A stretch of DNA of 64,000 nt. It comes from Candidatus Kuenenia stuttgartensis (GTDB lineage Bacteria > Planctomycetota > Planctomycetia > Pirellulales > UBA1268). Positions 18,952-30,307 of this stretch are shown here, one piece after another. The position numbers were made by a program, and so were the translations under genes. Location of the stretch: NCBI GenBank assembly GCA_945897435.1, contig CAMDFJ010000004.1:10316-74315 (forward strand). The letters run 5' to 3'. Below the pieces are notes generated by a model that was not told the origin of the DNA, made no database searches, and worked only from the letters and a program-made list of their open reading frames with translations. Each line of letters opens with the position of its first letter. Position 1 is the stretch's first letter.

Positions 18952-20409
18952 CTAAGACGGTCCTCCTGAGGTGGCTGTCGACGCATGCGCCGAGATCAGC
19001 TGCGGACGATCGATTCGTGTGCCTGAAGGGATCGCGGCTTCGATGTCGCTCTCATCGATGATCGTGCCGCTGTCGAGTTCCAGGTCGATGCCTTCGGCCA
19101 CGCTCACCCCCGCCTTCGCCAGGAGCCGAACGGCATGGCCGACGATCGCCGCACGGACATGCTCAGGGGCATCGGCCGGCGCGCCGGGCGGATTCTTGAG
19201 CGGGGCGAATCCCTCGGCCGGGTCGATTTCGACGACCCGAACCCGCTCGGCAAGCGGCATCAGATCGAAGATGAAACGCTCAAACTTGATCGCGTTGGGT
19301 GATCGGGGTGTGATCCGCCTGCCTTCTTCGTCCACGAACGGCACCACCTTGAACGCCAGATGCAGCGGCAGGGAATCGCTGCGGCCGGCCGCCCGTTCGA
19401 GAAACCTGCGCGAAAATGCATGGATCGCGATCGACCCGGCGTCGAATCGCAGTCGTCCGTCAGGAAGTCTTTCGGCCGCCAAGGCCGCGGGCAGATCGCT
19501 GTATTCGACGACCCGGTGACGCCCATTTTCGGCGACGACGACGCCCACCCGTTCGCCCGGCTCCTGCTTGCGGACGACCTGCGTGGAGATGTCGGCCGCC
19601 GCGAGCAGGTGATAGCCGAGAAACTCCCGATCGAGGGGCATCGCCAGCGGATTGTCGACCTGAAAACTGACGATCTCCTCGACGCCGTGCCTGGCAAACC
19701 AGTCGAGTCCGCCCGATTCGGCGAGGCCGACGAGCATGCCACCGTGTCCATCCGGCGCCATCGCAATCCGGCCGGGCGAGTCGAGCAGCAATGCGCCTGT
19801 TTCGGCGTCGATGGCCGGCAGGTCGTGCTGCCGAAACACATGAACGCAGTCCGGGGACAGGCCACAGCAGGCATGCTCATGGAGAAACTGCCGCGTCTCC
19901 GCGTCGGTCGCAGAACTGGTCATGATCGCCAGCGGCACATCACGGCCGAACCGCCTGCGGACCGCCCGTAGTTTTCCGAACAGGTACTGAAACAGGTTGG
20001 CCTTCGACACGGGGCCGACCGGATAGAGCCCTTTCGGACCGGCGCAGCCGAGACGGGTTCCCTGGCCTCCGGCGACGAGGATCGCCCCGATACGCCCCGT
20101 TCTCAGGGCCTGCTCGCCGGCCGCGATCGCCAGGGACGGCGAAACCGGATTAGCGGCGTCACGCAGTCGCATCGTCGCCGGTGTTGAGGCATGGGAGAGG
20201 TCGTCTGGGGAGGTGGCGGAACGACCGGCACCGGCCGCGGCAAGCCGCTTGAGATTGGCGAACTGATGCCAGTCGATCAGCGAGATCTGGCCGAGCAACT
20301 GGCCGCGATCCGCGGCGTCGAGCCTGTCCCAGAATCTCAGGACGTGCGATTGGCCCGCCCCGTGGAGGGCCTCGGCGAGCTGTGCGGGGATGCGATCGAC
20401 GCCGTTCAT
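18952..20409 (-). CDS. UDP-sugar / UDP-N-acetylhexosamine pyrophosphorylase (UDPGP, eukaryote-type UAP1-like)
   Basis: 'ILVAGGQGTRLGCAGPKGLYPV', 'MAPDGHGG', 'FQVDNPL' resemble the UDPGP type-1 family. Start at ATG 20409 ('MNGVDRIP'). Confidence 0.85.
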   Translation of the reverse strand: MNGVDRIPAQLAEALHGAGQSHVLRFWDRLDAADRGQLLGQISLIDWHQFANLKRLAAAGAGRSATSPDDLSHASTPATMRLRDAANPVSPSLAIAAGEQALRTGRIGAILVAGGQGTRLGCAGPKGLYPVGPVSKANLFQYLFGKLRAVRRRFGRDVPLAIMTSSATDAETRQFLHEHACCGLSPDCVHVFRQHDLPAIDAETGALLLDSPGRIAMAPDGHGGMLVGLAESGGLDWFARHGVEEIVSFQVDNPLAMPLDREFLGYHLLAAADISTQVVRKQEPGERVGVVVAENGRHRVVEYSDLPAALAAERLPDGRLRFDAGSIAIHAFSRRFLERAAGRSDSLPLHLAFKVVPFVDEEGRRITPRSPNAIKFERFIFDLMPLAERVRVVEIDPAEGFAPLKNPPGAPADAPEHVRAAIVGHAVRLLAKAGVSVAEGIDLELDSGTIIDESDIEAAIPSGTRIDRPQLISAHASTATSGGPS

Positions 20410-20513
20410 CCGCGGACCCACGCCCAGAGCAGAAAGCAGAGCAGAGGGAAGCCGACGAAGATCACGCCATAGGTGAAGATCGTTGTCCAGAGATGCTCGG
20501 GCCAGCGGGCCAT
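20406..20513 (-). CDS. Candidate 35-aa single-pass membrane micro-protein
   Basis: 'MARWPEHLWTTIFTYGVIFVGFPLLCFLLWAWVRG'. One clear hydrophobic span. Its stop overlaps the ATG of the downstream gene (ATGA). No homology evidence. Confidence 0.35.
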   Translation of the reverse strand: MARWPEHLWTTIFTYGVIFVGFPLLCFLLWAWVRG

Positions 20514-20553
20514 GCAATGCGTTCCAGGGATTGGAAGGTTCGGGGGAGGGGTG

Positions 20554-21396
20554 TCAGGCAGGGGACCGGGCGAGCAGATCGACCGGGATCTCGAACGGCT
20601 CCTCGGCCGGGTCGTCGAGCCGGCACTCGACACGGACTCCCCAGGGAACGACTTCCGCGGCCGTCACCACCGCCTCGACGCCGTCGTAGTCCGTGGTCAC
20701 ATCGACCAGCGGCATCTGGCCGAAGGGAGGACAAAACGCGATATGACCCTGACCGGTTCGTGCGCCCTGTGGAACGAGGATCGAGAGCCTGCCCCGCAGG
20801 CAATCGTTGCCATCGAGCAGAACCCGCTCGAATCGCTGCACCACATGGCCGGGAGAGCCGGACACGACCGCTGTCAGTGGAAATGGCTCTGGCATTGGCA
20901 CGGTTCTGGCCGGCATGACCAGAACCGGCTCGGCCAGGACGGCTCGTTCGCTGGGCGGGCTCAAGGGAGGGGCGGACCGGGCCGGTGGCATATCGAGTCG
21001 GGGCAGGAGGACTGCGGTCAGGGTGATCGCAACACTCGCCAGGCAGGCAGCGACATCGGCGAGCGTCGCCAGAGGCGGAGGAATCACGAGGGCAGCCAGC
21101 CCGATCGCCAGCCCGATCCTGGCGGCCAATCGCCAGCCGCTGAGCGGGCCAAACCCCGTTCCGCAGGCCCGCACCGCCATGTCGGAGAAGAGCACGAGCG
21201 CCGCTCCAGCCGTCGCCGCGGCGACGAGCACCAACGGCGCCGGCGTTGCGGCGAAGCCGACGATAAACCTCCGTGCGGCGAGCACGAGGCCTGCCGTCAG
21301 CACGGCAGTTGCCGCCATGGCGGCAGCCGAAAGCAGGGCCAGCCGCTCCGGCGGGAACGGCGATTTCGCGGAGACTGCCCCGAAAGGGATGAGCAC
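20554..21396 (-). CDS. Hypothetical polytopic membrane protein with a C-terminal soluble domain
   Basis: About 4 Ala/Leu-rich hydrophobic spans, then a non-repetitive ~130-aa tail. GTG start 6 nt after the metK stop. No motif recognised. Confidence 0.55.
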   Translation of the reverse strand: MLIPFGAVSAKSPFPPERLALLSAAAMAATAVLTAGLVLAARRFIVGFAATPAPLVLVAAATAGAALVLFSDMAVRACGTGFGPLSGWRLAARIGLAIGLAALVIPPPLATLADVAACLASVAITLTAVLLPRLDMPPARSAPPLSPPSERAVLAEPVLVMPARTVPMPEPFPLTAVVSGSPGHVVQRFERVLLDGNDCLRGRLSILVPQGARTGQGHIAFCPPFGQMPLVDVTTDYDGVEAVVTAAEVVPWGVRVECRLDDPAEEPFEIPVDLLARSPA

Positions 21397-21402
21397 GATC
21401 GA

Positions 21403-22581
21403 TCAGCCGACAGCCACGCCGGCACCCGCGGCTTCCGCCAGTGCCTTCGCCCGGTCGGTCTTCTCCCAGGTGAAACCATCGCGGCCGAAGTGACCGCCGG
21501 CTGCCGTCTTCCTGTAGATCGGCCGACGCAGATCGAGGTGATCGATGATGCCTCGCGGCGTCAGCGGGAAGAACTCCCGCACCAGTTCGCAGAGCCGCTG
21601 ATCATCGATCCTGCCGGTGCCCTCCGTGTCGACATGGACGCTGACAGGCTCGCTGACACCGATCGCATAGGCGAGCTGAACCTCGCAGCGGTCGGCGAGT
21701 TTGGCAGCGACGATGTTCTTGGCGACGTGGCGGGCCATGTAGGCCGCACTGCGATCGACCTTGGTCGGATCCTTGCCCGAAAAGGCACCGCCGCCATGGC
21801 GGCCCCAGCCACCGTAGGTGTCGACGATGATTTTCCTGCCCGTGAGTCCGCAGTCGCCATGCGGGCCGCCGACGACGAATCGTCCCGTCGGATTGATGTG
21901 GTAGGTGATGTTGCTGGTGTCGAGGTCCTTCGGCAGCAGCGGCTTGATCACCTTGTTGACGACGAAGTCGTGGATCGTCTCGTTGGAGACGTGGGGGGCG
22001 TGCTGTGTGGAAACGACGACCGTGTCGACCCGAACCGGGGTGTTGCCGTCGTATTCGATCGTGACCTGGCTCTTGGAGTCCGGCCGCAGCCAGTCGACCT
22101 CGCCCTTCTGCCTGGCTTCGGTCAGCCGATTGAGAATCCGGTGCGACAAGGCGATCGGCAGCGGCATCATTTCGGGGGTTTCGTTGCAGGCGTAGCCGAA
22201 CATCAGCCCCTGGTCACCGGCGCCGATGTCCTTGCCCGACTTCTCATCTTCGTTGACGCCCATCGCGATGTCGCCGCTCTGCTTGCCGACGGCCACCAGC
22301 ACCGAGCAGGTGTCGGCGGCGATTCCCATCTCGTCGTCGGTGTAGCCCACATCGCGGATCACCTCGCGAACCACCTGCTGGTAGTCGATCGTGCCGCGGG
22401 AGGTGATCTCACCTGCGATCACGGCAAGGCCGGTCGTCACCATCGTCTCGCAGGCCACCCGGCTGCGCGGGTCCTGGGCGAGATATGCGTCGAGCACCCC
22501 GTCTGAAATCTGATCCGCCAATTTGTCCGGATGGCCCATGCTGACCGACTCACTGGTGAACAGATACTTGCCTTGTGCCAC
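21403..22581 (-). CDS. metK: S-adenosylmethionine synthetase
   Basis: '[22 protein letters not shown]', '[12 protein letters not shown]', '[19 protein letters not shown]'. GTG start at 22581 ('MAQGKYLF') with AGGAAA upstream. The longer 550-aa ORF is rejected. Confidence 0.93.
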   Translation of the reverse strand: MAQGKYLFTSESVSMGHPDKLADQISDGVLDAYLAQDPRSRVACETMVTTGLAVIAGEITSRGTIDYQQVVREVIRDVGYTDDEMGIAADTCSVLVAVGKQSGDIAMGVNEDEKSGKDIGAGDQGLMFGYACNETPEMMPLPIALSHRILNRLTEARQKGEVDWLRPDSKSQVTIEYDGNTPVRVDTVVVSTQHAPHVSNETIHDFVVNKVIKPLLPKDLDTSNITYHINPTGRFVVGGPHGDCGLTGRKIIVDTYGGWGRHGGGAFSGKDPTKVDRSAAYMARHVAKNIVAAKLADRCEVQLAYAIGVSEPVSVHVDTEGTGRIDDQRLCELVREFFPLTPRGIIDHLDLRRPIYRKTAAGGHFGRDGFTWEKTDRAKALAEAAGAGVAVG

Positions 22582-22663
22582 GGTTGACGTTTCCTGCGAC
22601 GGGGGTGATGGCCGGCGGCTGTCGTCTGCGACGACCGGCTGCGGAGGCCCGAATACGACGGGA

Positions 22664-24001
22664 TTATCCTTTGAGCCGGGATCCTTGGCAACCGGAGCCG
22701 GTTTCGCGGGGAAGCATTTCAAGAACGAGCCGGGCCGTTTCCGCGGTGGCACCCCGCCGCGAGGCGACGATCGTGGCTGCCCGGCTTCCAAGCGCCGCGG
22801 CCTCGGCTGGTTCCTCGAGGCACCAGCGGACGAAGGCCTCCAGTTCCGCCCCATCGGCCACGACCCGGGCGGCATCGGCCTCCCGCAGCGTGCGAACCTC
22901 GTCGGCAAAGTTGCGGGTCTGCGGACCGAAGCAGACGGCGGCGCCATAGGCGGCAGGTTCGAGCATGTTCTGGCCGCCGCGGCGGCCGTCCAGGCTGCCG
23001 CCGACGAAGGCGATCGCCGCCGTGCCCCACCACCAGCCGAGTTCGCCGGTGACATCGACGAGCAGTATTCGGACAGCAGTATCGGCGGCTTCCTGATCGA
23101 GGTCGCTGCGACGCTGCCAGCGGCAGCCGGAGGCCTCGAGAATGGCGGCGATCTCCGCCGACCGCTCGACGTGCCTGGGGACGATGACCAGTCTCAGGGC
23201 GGGGTGGTGGATCAGGAGAGAGCGAAAGACATCGAGCGCCAGACGTTCTTCGGGGGCCTGGGTGCTGCCGGCCAGAAAGACGACGTCGCCGTCGGCCATT
23301 CCGGCGAGCCTTCGCAATCTGACGACGTCGGCGGCGGTGCGGTCGCCCCGGACGCCGTCGAACTTCATCGAGCCGGTGATGGCGACCCGCGGGGCGCCGA
23401 GCGATGCGAAGCGACCTGCGTCGACGACGGATCGGGCCGCCACCAGCGAGACCATGCCGAGCATCCGCCTCGCGAGCGGACGAATCCGGCCATAGCCCCG
23501 GCTGCTCCGCTCGCTCATTCGCCCGTTGGCGACGATCACCGGAATTCCCCGGTCTCTGGCAGAGGCCAGCAGGTTCGGCCAGAGCTCCAGTTCGCCGAGC
23601 ACGATCAGGCCTGGACGTACCTGGTCGAAGACCCGGTTCACGGCCCAGGAAAAATCGAGTGGACAGGGAAACGAACGCTCCGCTCCGAACCGACGGGCGG
23701 CCACCTCGAGTCCGGTGGTTGTGCTGCTCGAGGCGACACAGTCGATCCTCCGACCCGACTCGTCGGCCTGGCGACGAATCTCGCCGGCGAGCGAGGCCAG
23801 CAGTCCCACCTCGCCCACGCTCACGCCATGCAGCCAGATCCGTTCAACACCATCGTCGATCGGGGGAAGCCGGGGAATCGTCCCGCTGAACCGGCTCCAC
23901 GGCGCGGCCACCGGACGACCACCGGAAATCCTGCGCCATGCAACCCAGGGAAGGGCCAGGGTCGCAATCGTGAGATAGAGGATGTTCAGCAGGAGGGGCA
24001 T
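22664..24001 (-). CDS. waaA: 3-deoxy-D-manno-octulosonic acid (Kdo) transferase
   Basis: '[12 protein letters not shown]' N-terminal signature and a GT30-like C-terminal half. Start at ATG 24001 ('MPLLLNILY', membrane anchor). Confidence 0.88.
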   Translation of the reverse strand: MPLLLNILYLTIATLALPWVAWRRISGGRPVAAPWSRFSGTIPRLPPIDDGVERIWLHGVSVGEVGLLASLAGEIRRQADESGRRIDCVASSSTTTGLEVAARRFGAERSFPCPLDFSWAVNRVFDQVRPGLIVLGELELWPNLLASARDRGIPVIVANGRMSERSSRGYGRIRPLARRMLGMVSLVAARSVVDAGRFASLGAPRVAITGSMKFDGVRGDRTAADVVRLRRLAGMADGDVVFLAGSTQAPEERLALDVFRSLLIHHPALRLVIVPRHVERSAEIAAILEASGCRWQRRSDLDQEAADTAVRILLVDVTGELGWWWGTAAIAFVGGSLDGRRGGQNMLEPAAYGAAVCFGPQTRNFADEVRTLREADAARVVADGAELEAFVRWCLEEPAEAAALGSRAATIVASRRGATAETARLVLEMLPRETGSGCQGSRLKG

Positions 24002-24029
24002 CGGCTCGTCCCGGTCCAACCCGCCGCCG

Positions 24030-27350
<3,321 letters not shown>

Positions 27351-27718
27351 GGATGGCGACGCGGTGTGGCTGGCGGCTTGGACTGGCCGCAGGGCGGGTG
27401 GGCCGACGGCGGTGAGCCGGTCGGCCCGCGAAAAAGCGGATCAACACTCGATTCTCACGCGAAAGCCGGGCAGGGGTCAAGGCGAACGGCCGCGGTGGTT
27501 TGGGCGGCTGGGCTTTCGCCACGGTCCGCGACGCCGTGCCCGGCCTCGGCCTGCCTGTTTGGCGATTGTCATTCGTCCGTTGATTGTGGAGGCTGGGACG
27601 GTCAATGGCAGGTGGTGCCCCTTCCATTCGGCTCATCTACAGTTCCGAGCAACGCGACCGGCTTGGCCGGGCAACTCCGCCTGAGATTCCTCTGGCCTCG
27701 TTGAAAGAAAACCGATCG

Positions 27719-28690
27719 ATGCAGACTTTCCGCTCGGGCCGGCCAAGCCGGCGTGAGGTCATCCGTCTGGCCACGCTGGCGGCGATCGGAGGAGCGTCTG
27801 CGAACGCCCTCGAGCCCATCGGGCGGACGGGAGGCCCTTCGTTCGCCCCCGGACTCAACGCCTACTCGTTCCTCGAACAGCTGAACGCGAACCAGAAGGA
27901 CGCGACCGAGGGCATCGACCTGTTCGGCGTCGTGGATTTTTGCGCGCTGCACGACATCCCGGCCGTGGACCTGACCGGATATTTCTTTCCCGGCTATCCG
28001 GAGCCGCCGGCGGACGGCTACGTCAGCCGCATGAAGCGTTACGTTCACGATCGCGGGATCGTGATCAGCGGGACGGGAGTGAAGAACGATTTCGCGACGG
28101 CCGACGGGGCCGTTCGCGCATCCGGCGTGCAGCTCACGAAGACCTGGATCGATGTCGCCGCGCGGCTCGGAGCCCCGGTTGTCCGCGTCTTCGCAGGCCC
28201 TCACGCTCCCAACAAGGACTGGCGGTCGGTCGTAGGCAACGCACCGCGCGAGGAGGTCGAAGCATGGATGGCCGATGCGCTGCGCGAATGCGCGACGTAT
28301 GGCGAGACACTCGGCGTGCTCGTCGCCGTGCAGAATCACGGCGACTTCATCAGCACCGGACCGGAGCACCTCAGCCTTCTCCGCCGGGTCGATCACCCGT
28401 GGTGCGGCGCCCTCGTGGATACGGGGAAATACCTCACCGCCGATCCATATGCAGACATCGCCATGATGGTGCCGTATGCGGTCAACTGGCAGATCAAGGA
28501 AACGCTCGGCAGTTCGCTCAAGAGCCCGCGCAGCGATTTCGGCAGGCTCGTGAGGATCATTCACGACGGCGGCTACCGCGGCTTCGTGCCGATCGAGACT
28601 CTGTCGATGGGCCGCGAGCACTACGACCCCTCGGTCGAGGTCGTGGGCGTCCTCGAAGCGCTGCGGCAGGCGATCACGGCGGTGTCCTGA
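27719..28690 (+). CDS. Exported xylose-isomerase-like TIM-barrel protein (sugar phosphate isomerase/epimerase family), TAT leader
   Basis: Twin-arginine leader 'RPSRREVIRLATLAAIGGASANA'. Body resembles the AP-endonuclease-2/xylose-isomerase-like TIM family ('VVRVFAG', 'LVAVQNHGDF'). Confidence 0.85.
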   Translation: MQTFRSGRPSRREVIRLATLAAIGGASANALEPIGRTGGPSFAPGLNAYSFLEQLNANQKDATEGIDLFGVVDFCALHDIPAVDLTGYFFPGYPEPPADGYVSRMKRYVHDRGIVISGTGVKNDFATADGAVRASGVQLTKTWIDVAARLGAPVVRVFAGPHAPNKDWRSVVGNAPREEVEAWMADALRECATYGETLGVLVAVQNHGDFISTGPEHLSLLRRVDHPWCGALVDTGKYLTADPYADIAMMVPYAVNWQIKETLGSSLKSPRSDFGRLVRIIHDGGYRGFVPIETLSMGREHYDPSVEVVGVLEALRQAITAVS

Positions 28691-28809
28691 CCGCGAAGCG
28701 ACGTCGGGTGAGGGTTTGCCGGCGCAGGGCTGCAAAATCAGAGATGCCCGGGCCAGAGTTGCCCGAGCGCTTGTTCCGAGAGATATTCAGTTCCAAAGGG
28801 AACACAGTC

Positions 28810-30150
28810 ATGAAAAAGATGCTCACCGATAGACAGCCGTCCTCGCCGTCTCGACGGACTTTTCTGGGCCAGTCGCTCGCCCTCGGGGCCGCGGCCCTGC
28901 CGACGATCGTTTCTGCACGGGCACTCGGGCTCGAGGCGGGCACGGCCGCAGCCAGCGAACGGATCACGCTCGGCGTCATCGGCATCGGGAACCGCTGCCG
29001 CTATGTGCTCGGCTCGATGCTGACCCTGCCCGACGTGCAGTGCGTCGCCATCGCCGACGTCCAGGCCTCCCGCCGCGATGCCGGCAAGAAGATGGTGGAC
29101 GAGACGTATGGCACCACCGACTGCAGGCTCTATCGAGACTTCCGCGAGTTGCTCGCCCGTGACGACATCGATGCCGTCCTCATCGCCACCGGCGACCGTT
29201 GGCACGCCCCGGCGTCGATGATGGCGGCGGAGGCGGGCAAGGACGTCTACAGCGAAAAGCCCTGCGGACTCACGATCGACGTCTGCCAGCGGCTCGCCGA
29301 GACGATCCGCAAGACAGGCCGGATCTTTCAGGCCGGCACCCAGCGGCGGAGCGTGCCAAACTTCGCGGCCGCGGCGGCGCTCGCCCGCTCCGGAAAACTC
29401 GGCACCCTCGAGCGACTCAACGCCTCGGTCTACCGGCCGACCCTCGGCAACGACTGGCTGCAGGCAGAGCCGACGCCGGCGCGGGAGGACTGCGACTGGA
29501 ACCTCTGGCTCGGGCCCGCCCCGTGGCGGCCCTACAACGAAAAATACGTGAGTGGCGGCTGGCGGGGCATCTACGACTTCGACTCGGGCTGCAGGCTGCT
29601 CGATTGGGGAGCCCACACCGCAGACCTCTGCCAGTGGGCCAACGGAGCCGATGACACTGCGCCAATCTCCTACGAGCCGACCGACGTGGGAATCGAGTGC
29701 CGCTATGCCAACGGCGTCGTCCTGTTTCTCGACTTCCTCGAAACCCCGTTCGGCGACCGCGGCCCGAACTGGAACACGAAGCTCGGCACCTGTCCGGTGA
29801 AGTTCATCGGCACGACAGGCTGGATCGAGACGGGTGACTCGGGCGACATTGACCTCTCGGACGAGGCCCTGCGGACCGGCCTGCCTCGGCCGGAGAAGGT
29901 CGCGAAGGGCACCGATGCGGCCCTCCACGCCCGGAACTTTTTCGACAGCGTGAAGTCGCGGCAGCCGACGATCTGCAATGCCGACGTGATGCGGAAGAGT
30001 CACGTCGCCTGCCACGCCGCGGCGATCGCCTGGATGCTCGGCCGCAAACTCAGCTTCGACCCGGCCCGGGAGGTCTTCACGACTCCAGACGGACTCGACG
30101 CCGAGGCCAATCGCCTCAGCAGCCGGCCCGAACGTGACTGCTGGGCCTGA
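28810..30150 (+). CDS. Exported Gfo/Idh/MocA family NAD(P)-oxidoreductase, TAT leader
   Basis: 'PSRRTFLGQSLALGAAALP' twin-arginine leader. 'LGVIGIGNRCRY', 'DAVLIATGDRWHA', 'GKDVYSEKP' are Gfo/Idh/MocA Rossmann motifs. AAAGGGA lies upstream of ATG 28810. Confidence 0.88.
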   Translation: MKKMLTDRQPSSPSRRTFLGQSLALGAAALPTIVSARALGLEAGTAAASERITLGVIGIGNRCRYVLGSMLTLPDVQCVAIADVQASRRDAGKKMVDETYGTTDCRLYRDFRELLARDDIDAVLIATGDRWHAPASMMAAEAGKDVYSEKPCGLTIDVCQRLAETIRKTGRIFQAGTQRRSVPNFAAAAALARSGKLGTLERLNASVYRPTLGNDWLQAEPTPAREDCDWNLWLGPAPWRPYNEKYVSGGWRGIYDFDSGCRLLDWGAHTADLCQWANGADDTAPISYEPTDVGIECRYANGVVLFLDFLETPFGDRGPNWNTKLGTCPVKFIGTTGWIETGDSGDIDLSDEALRTGLPRPEKVAKGTDAALHARNFFDSVKSRQPTICNADVMRKSHVACHAAAIAWMLGRKLSFDPAREVFTTPDGLDAEANRLSSRPERDCWA

Positions 30151-30307
30151 GCTCGCAACATCCCCCGCCAATCGTGGTGTCAGGCTCAGTCCGCCGCCGG
30201 CGGTCTCGTCCGCCGGTGCTGGTGCAGCCCGCCGAGACTGGGATACAACGTCAGGATCCATCGGCCCGCCACTGCCGTCTGCGTCCGAGTCAACGGGAGA
30301 CCTTTCC

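Noticed and set aside
20473-22506. 677-aa plus-strand ORF
   Set aside because: It is antisense to metK and the membrane-protein gene and has no recognisable motifs. metK identity is unambiguous.
22582-22663. Possible SAM riboswitch upstream of metK
   Set aside because: Only 82 nt are available. I could find just one small hairpin (GTCGTC-GCA-GACGAC) and none of the conserved SAM-I/SAM-II features I know. This is more likely a simple intercistronic spacer.
27351-27718. 368-bp divergent spacer between secA and the TIM-barrel gene as a possible ncRNA/riboswitch or origin
   Set aside because: It contains one 8-bp hairpin (GGGCCGAC...GTCGGCCC) and a GATTGT direct repeat (27564 and 27582). I recognised no known RNA family, DnaA boxes or AT-rich tract, so the evidence is insufficient for a call.
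27940-28809. N-terminal 290 aa of the 736-aa ORF 27940..30150
   Set aside because: This part overlaps the TIM-barrel gene out of frame and is Arg-rich low-complexity. The real Gfo/Idh/MocA protein starts at ATG 28810, with an RBS and a TAT leader.
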